A stretch of 64,000 nucleotides of DNA. Origin: a virus (taxonomy: Duplodnaviria; Caudoviricetes). Positions 57,611-64,000 of this stretch are shown here, in pieces (position 1 is the first letter of the stretch; each line of letters starts with the position of its first letter). A model generated the notes under the pieces. That model searched no databases. It saw only the letters and a list, made by a program, of their open reading frames with translations, and was not told the origin of the DNA. Location: positions 20,370-84,369 of the IMG/VR virus record IMGVR_UViG_3300006133_000004; one strand, 5' to 3'. Both the position numbers and the translations under genes were made by a program.

Positions 57611-57638
57611 TTATTTTTCAATAAGGAGGGTCTATCCG

Positions 57639-58193
57639 ATGGATATTCACAACAAACCATCATCGCAGAATTACCTTGCTCATCATGGAGTGAAGGGTAT
57701 GCGCTGGGGAGTTCGACGTTACCAGAATTATGACGGTTCCTATACCCAGAAAGGCTTGGAGCGTTATCGCAAAGCAGACCAAGCGCATGAAGATGCTAAG
57801 CAGAAAGCAAAAGAAACGAAACAAGCATATAAGAATGGGACAGCGACAAAAGATCAGTACAAGGCCGCTAAGGGTGAAGTAAAAGTAACAAAGAGAGCTC
57901 TCGATAAGAGTTACGACAAGTTGAAAACTGATAAGCTCGCCGATGAGGGAAAGAAGCTTTATCAGCGAGGAAAAACGATTACGAGCAATACTCAGACTAC
58001 TCAGCTTGCTGAGACTGGCATTATTGTTGGGTCAGGTATAGTCACTACGCTTCTGTCTAATACAATGAAAGACACCCGCGTGGCCTATTTGGCTGGTACA
58101 TCTATCGCAATCGGCGGCACCATTGTTAATGCCATACTTACAGGAAAGGCAAATTCTGAGAACAAAAAGCTCCGTGCGTACTATGCTCACTAA
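57639..58193 (+). CDS. Protein with N-terminal HHGxKGxxWGVR leader, coiled coil and two C-terminal hydrophobic helices
   Basis: YLAHHGVKGMRWGVRRYQNYDG; RBS AAGGAGG. Confidence 0.7.
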   Translation: MDIHNKPSSQNYLAHHGVKGMRWGVRRYQNYDGSYTQKGLERYRKADQAHEDAKQKAKETKQAYKNGTATKDQYKAAKGEVKVTKRALDKSYDKLKTDKLADEGKKLYQRGKTITSNTQTTQLAETGIIVGSGIVTTLLSNTMKDTRVAYLAGTSIAIGGTIVNAILTGKANSENKKLRAYYAH

Positions 58194-58205
58194 AAGGAGC
58201 GTCAT

Positions 58206-59117
58206 ATGGATATTTACCACAAACCATCTTTAAGCGTTTATCTCCAGCATTACAGTAAACCATCCTTAGACGAGTGCCTTGCTCATCATGGCATTCGAGG
58301 TCAAAAATGGGGAGTTCGTAATGGCCCGCCATATCCTTTAGGAGAAAAAGACCATTCGGCATCAGAAAAGAAGGCTGGATGGCAGAAATCTCTTGATAAA
58401 CATCAAGTGGATCAGCAAAGATCCTCCGACAAGAGCTTGACCATAACTAAAGGTGGAGCTAAAATGAACATGTCTGGAGAAACCCGCAATAATCATCAGA
58501 GCCATATTTCAAATGGGGCATTAAACATTTCAAACGAGATTCGTCAAGTGGCAAATAAAACGGGTCTTAAACTTAAAACGGGTAATATGTCAATAGACGA
58601 AGACTGCAAAGCTGTTGACCCGGATTACAACCCCAATAGCCCTTTAGCGCGAAATAACTGTGGAAAATGTAGTGCAGCTTATGTCCTTCGTAGAATGGGG
58701 CTTGATGTTGAAGCAGAAGACATGCGAAAGGAAGAAGCTGATGTTGGACTCGATTATAATGATTTTGGGAAGTATTTTAAGGGATACAAACCTGAAGGGA
58801 TCATTACGGGAAACCATTTTACCAAAAATGGATATCGAGATGCGTTATCCAAAAAGCTTCTAAAGCTCTGTAACAACGAAAATGGAGCGATGGGAATTAT
58901 GCTAATTGGAGATGGATATTCTATTGGGCATTTTGTTTCATGGGAGAATGTGAATGGACAGATCCATTACGTTGACTCACAAGGAAAAATGTCAAACGCT
59001 GATTACATATTCCAAGGAATGGCATCTGGGATACTTTTGCGTGGATGTTGGGTCGGTCGCCTCGACAATCTGGAAATCAATACCGACACGATTGGCGAAT
59101 TAGTCAAAAACAAATGA
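58206..59117 (+). CDS. HHG-leader protein with C-terminal papain-fold (Tox-PL/deamidase-like) domain
   Basis: LAHHGIRGQKWGVRNGPPYPL; NNCGKC...GHF...YVDSQ putative Cys-His-Asp triad. Confidence 0.7.
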   Translation: MDIYHKPSLSVYLQHYSKPSLDECLAHHGIRGQKWGVRNGPPYPLGEKDHSASEKKAGWQKSLDKHQVDQQRSSDKSLTITKGGAKMNMSGETRNNHQSHISNGALNISNEIRQVANKTGLKLKTGNMSIDEDCKAVDPDYNPNSPLARNNCGKCSAAYVLRRMGLDVEAEDMRKEEADVGLDYNDFGKYFKGYKPEGIITGNHFTKNGYRDALSKKLLKLCNNENGAMGIMLIGDGYSIGHFVSWENVNGQIHYVDSQGKMSNADYIFQGMASGILLRGCWVGRLDNLEINTDTIGELVKNK

Positions 59118-59125
59118 ATAGGAGA

Positions 59126-59455
59126 ATGACGATGGTATCTTTGAAAACGGCGTGTCATGTGGTTGAAACAAATCATCCCAATCGATGCATTGTGAGATGC
59201 TTCGATTATGATTCTTTCTATGGTTTTATGACTGTGCTCCGTAATTGGAGTGAAAAAAGTATGGAACTTCCATCCGTACCTGCCAACAACAGTATGAATT
59301 ATATTCGGAAGGAAGATGGTACAGAATTTTTTCTTTCCTTCCATGATTGTCTAAACCTATTAAAAGATGGAACAGAAGTAGATATCAAAGATTATCTTTC
59401 TTCTGAAGACGTTGCATTTGCAACGAAGGTAAAAGAATCGATCAACCGACATTAA
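59126..59455 (+). CDS. Small protein, candidate immunity partner
   Basis: Immediately follows the toxin ORF; RBS AGGAG; terminator downstream. Confidence 0.45.
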   Translation: MTMVSLKTACHVVETNHPNRCIVRCFDYDSFYGFMTVLRNWSEKSMELPSVPANNSMNYIRKEDGTEFFLSFHDCLNLLKDGTEVDIKDYLSSEDVAFATKVKESINRH

Positions 59456-59518
59456 CACTTCCGCAACTATATTTTTTAGAACAGAGACGCCGATTATGAC
59501 GTCTCTGTTTTTCTTTTG

Positions 59519-59545
59519 CGCCAAAAAAACAGACTCTTTTATGGA
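59519..59545 (+). promoter_or_regulatory. Phage motif copy 25 (heads the operon containing the RNAP gene)
   Basis: cgccaaaaaaacagactcttttatgga. Confidence 0.75.
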
Positions 59546-59611
59546 GAGAAGAGGGAATGTGTCAAACTTTTTCTGTTTTTTCTATTATTTCTGTTGAAAG
59601 GAGGCCTTTTT

Positions 59612-59917
59612 ATGGCCAGGAGTTCCCGCCTGGAGAGCGGTTTTCAGGATAGGCTCATTGACAAAATCGAAAATCTCTTTCCTGGGTGCATGGTCTTCAA
59701 GATGGACCAGATTCAGGGCATTCCTGACCTGCTTGTTCTCTATAAGAACAAATGGGCCTCCCTGGAATGCAAGAGGTCTGCGAGGGCGAAGAGACAGCCG
59801 AACCAGGAATACTACGTCGGGAAGATGAACGAGATGTCTTTCTCTCGTTTTGTCTCTCCTGAGAACAAGGAGGAAGTGCTCAATGAGCTCCAGCAGATTT
59901 TTGAAAGTCATCAATGA
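59612..59917 (+). CDS. VRR-NUC domain nuclease
   Basis: ESGFQ...QGIPDLLVL...LECKR...NQ. Confidence 0.8.
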   Translation: MARSSRLESGFQDRLIDKIENLFPGCMVFKMDQIQGIPDLLVLYKNKWASLECKRSARAKRQPNQEYYVGKMNEMSFSRFVSPENKEEVLNELQQIFESHQ

Positions 59918-60428
59918 TTTTCCGGATTACACGGTTGATATTTATGGCCGAGTTTTTAATCGTTCCGGAAAAGAACTGAAACAGTGGGTAACCCGTGATG
60001 GATATTGCATGGTTAGACTTTGCAGAAATGGTTACGAAAAAAGTTGCTCTGTCCATAGATTGGTTGCGGATGCCTTCTTTGATGGAGATCATAATGGCTA
60101 TGAAGTTAATCACATTGATGGCAATAAGCAGAACAATTTTGTAGGTAATTTAGAGTGGGTTACCAGAAGTGAAAATCTTCAGCACTCATATAAGGCTAAC
60201 TTGCGAAAATCTCCTCTGACCAAAGAACTTAGGATGAAAGGAGCTAAAGTCTTTGCTGAGCAAAATAAGCGTCCTGTGCGGGTTTTAGAAACAGGCGAGA
60301 TATTTACAAGCATAAAAGACTGTGCGCAAGCCTTAGGATGCGCCTCTTCTGCAATTAGCTGTTGCTGTCGCGGTTATGCAAAACAGCATCACGGTTACCA
60401 TTTTGCCTTTGCGGATCAGGAGGACTGA
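59880..60428 (+). CDS. HNH homing endonuclease (NUMOD4-HNH-NUMOD1-like)
   Basis: YTVDIYGRV...VHRLVADAF...VNHIDGNKQNN...NLEWVT..EN...FTSIKDCAQAL; start codon uncertain. Confidence 0.85.
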   Translation, partial: SMSSSRFLKVINDFPDYTVDIYGRVFNRSGKELKQWVTRDGYCMVRLCRNGYEKSCSVHRLVADAFFDGDHNGYEVNHIDGNKQNNFVGNLEWVTRSENLQHSYKANLRKSPLTKELRMKGAKVFAEQNKRPVRVLETGEIFTSIKDCAQALGCASSAISCCCRGYAKQHHGYHFAFADQED

Positions 60429-60430
60429 CT

Positions 60431-60988
60431 ATGGTATTTAATAGGCACGATAAATTGGAAGGACTTCATGCTTTCCTCGGCGCAAGTAATTATCATTGGA
60501 TCAATTATAGTGAGGAGAAGGTTGAAGAAACCTATTCTAAATGGAGAGCCGCCCAAAAGGGTACAAAGCTCCATGCTTTTGCTGCTGAATGTATCCGCCT
60601 CGGACAGAAGCTGCCCAGATCGAAGCAGACGTTGAATATGTACGTCAACGACGCCATTGGATTTAAGATGACGCCGGAACAGATCCTGTACTATTCTCCT
60701 AACTGCTTTGGGACAGCAGATGCAATTATATTCCGGAATGACTTTCTCCGCATTCACGATTTGAAGACCGGAGAGACGCCGGCCAAAATGGAGCAGCTGA
60801 TGATCTATGCTGCGCTCTTCTGCCTGGAGTATGGCATCAAGCCCAGCGAGATTGGGATGGAGCTTCGTATTTATCAGAATGACGAAGTACTCTGCCACAA
60901 CGCCACTGTGGAAGACATCTTCCCAATTATGGACCGCATTATCACATTTGATAAAATCATCAACAGAATGAGGGAACAGGAGGGGTAA
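60431..60988 (+). CDS. PD-(D/E)XK / Cas4-like nuclease (DUF2800-like)
   Basis: GTKLH...FGTADAI...IHDLKTG...QLMIYA. Confidence 0.75.
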   Translation: MVFNRHDKLEGLHAFLGASNYHWINYSEEKVEETYSKWRAAQKGTKLHAFAAECIRLGQKLPRSKQTLNMYVNDAIGFKMTPEQILYYSPNCFGTADAIIFRNDFLRIHDLKTGETPAKMEQLMIYAALFCLEYGIKPSEIGMELRIYQNDEVLCHNATVEDIFPIMDRIITFDKIINRMREQEG

Positions 60989-60991
60989 AGC

Positions 60992-63679
60992 ATGAATCCA
61001 TTTCAGGACGATATCCTGATGCACTATGGCGTCAAAAGACGTTCTGGGCGCTATCCGTGGGGTTCTGGCGATAACCCCTTCCAGCATGGCGGTGACTTCC
61101 TCAGCAGAGTTGAGGAACTTCAGTCCCAGGGCAAGAGTGAAAAAGAGATTGCCGAGGAACTGAAGATGTCCACAACGGATCTGCGGATGCAGGTTCGGGT
61201 GGCGAAGCATGAGCGGCGTATGGTTCTGGCTGACAGGGCCAAGTCTCTGAGAGAAGAGGGTAAAACCCTTGACGAGATTGCTAAGATCATGGGTTACAAT
61301 AACGATTCTTCGGTTCGAGCGCTTCTCAACGAGAACACTGCAACCAACAAAAATAAAGCACGGCAGACTGCGGAACGGTTGAAGCAGGAGCTTGCGGAAA
61401 AAGGCGCCCTTGATGTCGGCACCGGAGCCGAGCGTGAGCTTGGTGTTTCCAGTGGTGTCCTTCAGGAGGCGCTTTTTATTTTGGAGACTGAGGGTTACAA
61501 CCGCTTTGGTGTCGGTGTTCCTCAGGTCAACAATCCGAAGAACCGTACCATCACACCAATTATATCCGTACCAGACATCGACCAGCGTCAGGTTTATCAA
61601 GACCTTTCCCTGGTCAAGTCGGTCGGTGAATATCACAGCACTGATGGCGGCGAGTCTTGGGATAAGCGAGAATATCCAGCCAGTATCAGCTCTGACCGGG
61701 TGAAAATCCGCTATGCCGAGGAAGGCGGGTTGGCGAAAGACGGCGTCATTGAGCTCCGAAGAGGTGTTCCTGACCTGGACTTGGGCGCTTCCCACTATGC
61801 TCAGGTCCGGATCATGGTCGATGGAACCCATTATCTCAAGGGCATGGCCATGTACTCCGAAGACATGCCAGATGGTGTAGACATTATATTTAACACCAAC
61901 AAACGGTCCGGTACTCCGAAGCTGGACGTACTGAAGAAAATCCAGAACGACCCGGACAATCCTTTCGGAGCGTTTATCAAGGCTGGTGGCCAGAGCCATT
62001 ATATTGACGAGGATGGCACCGAGAAGCTGTCGGCGATCAACAAGCTGAAGGAAGAGGGTGACTGGGATAAGATGAGCAAGAACTTGTCTTCCCAGTTCCT
62101 TTCTAAGCAGCCCATCAAGCTGATTCAGACTCAGTTGGATTTGACCTATGCAGATGCAGAGGATGAGTTTTCCGAGATCTGCTCCCTGACCAATCCCACT
62201 GTGAAGAAGAAGTTGCTGATGGACTTCGCCGATGAATGCGACTCCGCTGTTGTCCACCTGAAGGCCGCTGCTCTTCCCCGCCAGAGCACCCAAGTTATAT
62301 TGCCGCTCACGGCGATGAAGGAAACCGAGATCTACGCCCCTAACTACAGGGATGGGGAGAAGGTTGCCCTTGTTCGGTATCCTCATGGCGGAACATTTGA
62401 GATTCCTATCCTGACTGTCAACAATAAAAACAAGTCAGCTATTTCTATTCTGGGCCCCCGGACCAGGGACGCCGTCGGTATCAACGCCAAGGTTGCGGAG
62501 CGGCTCTCCGGAGCGGACTTCGATGGCGACCAGGTCGTTGTTATTCCTACCGGTGGGAGGGTGAACATAAAATCGACCCCCGCCCTTGCCGGATTGAAGG
62601 ACTTCGACGCCAAAGTTGAATACTCCACTGAAGGCAAGACCGGTATCCGGCTCCTCTCTAAAGAGGCCACCCAGATAGAGATGGGTAAGATCTCCAATCT
62701 CATCACCGATATGACCCTGAAAGGGGCCCCCGAGAGTGACATCGTGAAGGCTGTCAAGCACAGCATGGTGGTCATCGACGCTGCCAAGCACAAGCTGGAC
62801 TATAAGCGGTCTGAGCAGGAGAACGACATCGCCACCCTTCGGAAAAAGTGGCAAGGTTACACTGATGAAAATGGCAAGGAAAGAGGCGGTGCCTCCACTC
62901 TGCTGTCCCGTCGCAAGCAGGACGTTGAGGTTCCTGAGCGTCAGGGCAGCGGTCGTATCGACAAGCAGACGGGTAAGGTCATCTATAAGGAGTCCGGCCG
63001 TACTTACTTTGACGCAAAGGGTCGTGAAGTTCAGGCTACAACCAAGATTAAGCTGCTGGACAAGACCGATGACATTCGGACACTGTCTTCCGGAACGCTT
63101 GTCGAGGATGCCTATGCCGACTACGCTAACAAGATGAAGGCTCTGGCCAACCGGGCAAGGCTTGAGTACGTTGCGACGCCGACTTTGGCTCGCTCTGCCA
63201 GTGCTGCCAGAACTTATCAGCCGGAAGTGGATCGTCTTACTTCGGCGCTTCGTCTTGCTCAGCTCAACGCTCCTCGTGAGCGTGAAGCCCAGCGTATTGC
63301 CAACGCTCGTGTTAAGGCGAAGGTCGAAGCCAACAACATCACCGACAAAGATGAGATCTCCAAGATTCGCAGAGCTGCAATCAGCGATGCTCGCGTCGAG
63401 ACTGGAGCAAGCGGTAAAGGAACTCGAATCACTATCAGCGATGGTGAATGGGAAGCGATTCAGGCTGGAGCAATCTCTGACACAACATTGAAAGAGATCC
63501 TGCGCTATGCTGACCCTGACGTTGTACGTGAACGCGCCACACCAAGAACGAGAACCGAAGTGTCCGAAGCTCGGGCAAACAGGATCAGAGCAATGGCGAA
63601 TTCTGGTCATACAAATGCCGAAATCGCTGATGCTTTGAACCTTTCGCCTTCTGCTGTGTCGAGAATTCTCAATGAATGA
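60992..63679 (+). CDS. Putative single-subunit two-barrel RNA polymerase (QDE-1/YonO-like) with three HTH domains
   Basis: YAQVRI...YLKGM (cf. RdRP Q-x-R...K-G); LVRYPH (R-x-P); RLSGADFDGD (catalytic DxDGD); HTHs at about aa 45-65, about aa 88-112 and the C-terminus. Confidence 0.8.
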   Translation: MNPFQDDILMHYGVKRRSGRYPWGSGDNPFQHGGDFLSRVEELQSQGKSEKEIAEELKMSTTDLRMQVRVAKHERRMVLADRAKSLREEGKTLDEIAKIMGYNNDSSVRALLNENTATNKNKARQTAERLKQELAEKGALDVGTGAERELGVSSGVLQEALFILETEGYNRFGVGVPQVNNPKNRTITPIISVPDIDQRQVYQDLSLVKSVGEYHSTDGGESWDKREYPASISSDRVKIRYAEEGGLAKDGVIELRRGVPDLDLGASHYAQVRIMVDGTHYLKGMAMYSEDMPDGVDIIFNTNKRSGTPKLDVLKKIQNDPDNPFGAFIKAGGQSHYIDEDGTEKLSAINKLKEEGDWDKMSKNLSSQFLSKQPIKLIQTQLDLTYADAEDEFSEICSLTNPTVKKKLLMDFADECDSAVVHLKAAALPRQSTQVILPLTAMKETEIYAPNYRDGEKVALVRYPHGGTFEIPILTVNNKNKSAISILGPRTRDAVGINAKVAERLSGADFDGDQVVVIPTGGRVNIKSTPALAGLKDFDAKVEYSTEGKTGIRLLSKEATQIEMGKISNLITDMTLKGAPESDIVKAVKHSMVVIDAAKHKLDYKRSEQENDIATLRKKWQGYTDENGKERGGASTLLSRRKQDVEVPERQGSGRIDKQTGKVIYKESGRTYFDAKGREVQATTKIKLLDKTDDIRTLSSGTLVEDAYADYANKMKALANRARLEYVATPTLARSASAARTYQPEVDRLTSALRLAQLNAPREREAQRIANARVKAKVEANNITDKDEISKIRRAAISDARVETGASGKGTRITISDGEWEAIQAGAISDTTLKEILRYADPDVVRERATPRTRTEVSEARANRIRAMANSGHTNAEIADALNLSPSAVSRILNE

Positions 63680-63695
63680 AAGGAAGTGAGAGCGA

Positions 63696-63959
63696 ATGGC
63701 TAAGTGTGCTTTGACTACAACCGACAATCCCTATGACCCTTTCACTCAATTCGATGCCTGGTTCCGGTTCGATGAGGACAAAGGTTACCATTCCTGCGCC
63801 TATTTGGCGCGTATCGCTCGTACTTCCGATCAGCTCTCCGCTGTTGAGAATGAGCAGGAGATCGAGCGCGCCATTGACGACATCGTCAAGTACAATCCCC
63901 TCGGCATCTACAAAAAAGTTAAGGAAACTGTTGAGCCTGAACCTGCGGTGACGGCCTGA
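63696..63959 (+). CDS. Conserved phage hypothetical protein
   Basis: RBS GAAAGGAAG; LTTTDNPYDPFTQFDAW. Confidence 0.65.
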   Translation: MAKCALTTTDNPYDPFTQFDAWFRFDEDKGYHSCAYLARIARTSDQLSAVENEQEIERAIDDIVKYNPLGIYKKVKETVEPEPAVTA

Positions 63960-64000
63960 GCGGGATACCTCAGCCCTTGAAAACGAGATGACTTCACTTT

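Noticed and set aside
57537-57638. Upstream ORF-track starts lying inside ncRNAs or motifs (also 6207, 10559, 59516, 21994, 31450, 49242)
   Set aside because: Better RBS-supported starts exist downstream; the extensions overlap regulatory structure
60431-60988. Cas4-like nuclease as part of a CRISPR system
   Set aside because: Solo PD-(D/E)XK nucleases are common in phages; no array or other cas genes
1-64000. Diversity-generating retroelement, retron or group II intron
   Set aside because: No reverse-transcriptase motifs ((Y/F)xDD in RT context) or TR/VR pair seen in this window

Overview
The whole window looks like one temperate tailed-phage genome segment, with no recognisable host housekeeping genes. 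RBS style and gene content suggest a gut Firmicutes (Clostridia-like) host; this is inference. Gene order: tail-end and holin-like lysis genes (1-1.5 kb); tyrosine integrase on the minus strand; a dense region of small early genes built as terminator-promoter-RBS-ORF units (4.2-16.5 kb); a replication block with a 1383-aa SF3 helicase/primase/PolB fusion, SSB, methyltransferases, SF2 helicase and DNA ligase; a long accessory and nucleotide-metabolism region (ADP-ribosylhydrolase, NADAR, MazG-like, NrdD/NrdG); a repeat-rich non-coding switch region (55.2-55.8 kb); morons; and a module ending in an 895-aa ORF. The main result is a candidate self-contained transcription system. (1) The 895-aa ORF carries motifs of two-barrel (QDE-1/YonO-type) RNA polymerases plus three HTHs. 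(2) A rigidly spaced 27-bp non-sigma70 motif, CGC-N8-CA-N7-TTRYGRR, occurs 25 times, always on the + strand and almost always directly upstream of a gene. (3) Six copies are followed by small self-closing structured RNAs rather than ORFs, two of them tRNA-like, and their helices start at the motif's 3' end. (4) The polymerase shares an N-terminal H-Y/H-G...W-G leader with two neighbouring proteins, one of them a papain-fold toxin, which suggests virion-delivered cargo. Family names come from motif recognition and memory, not from database searches.
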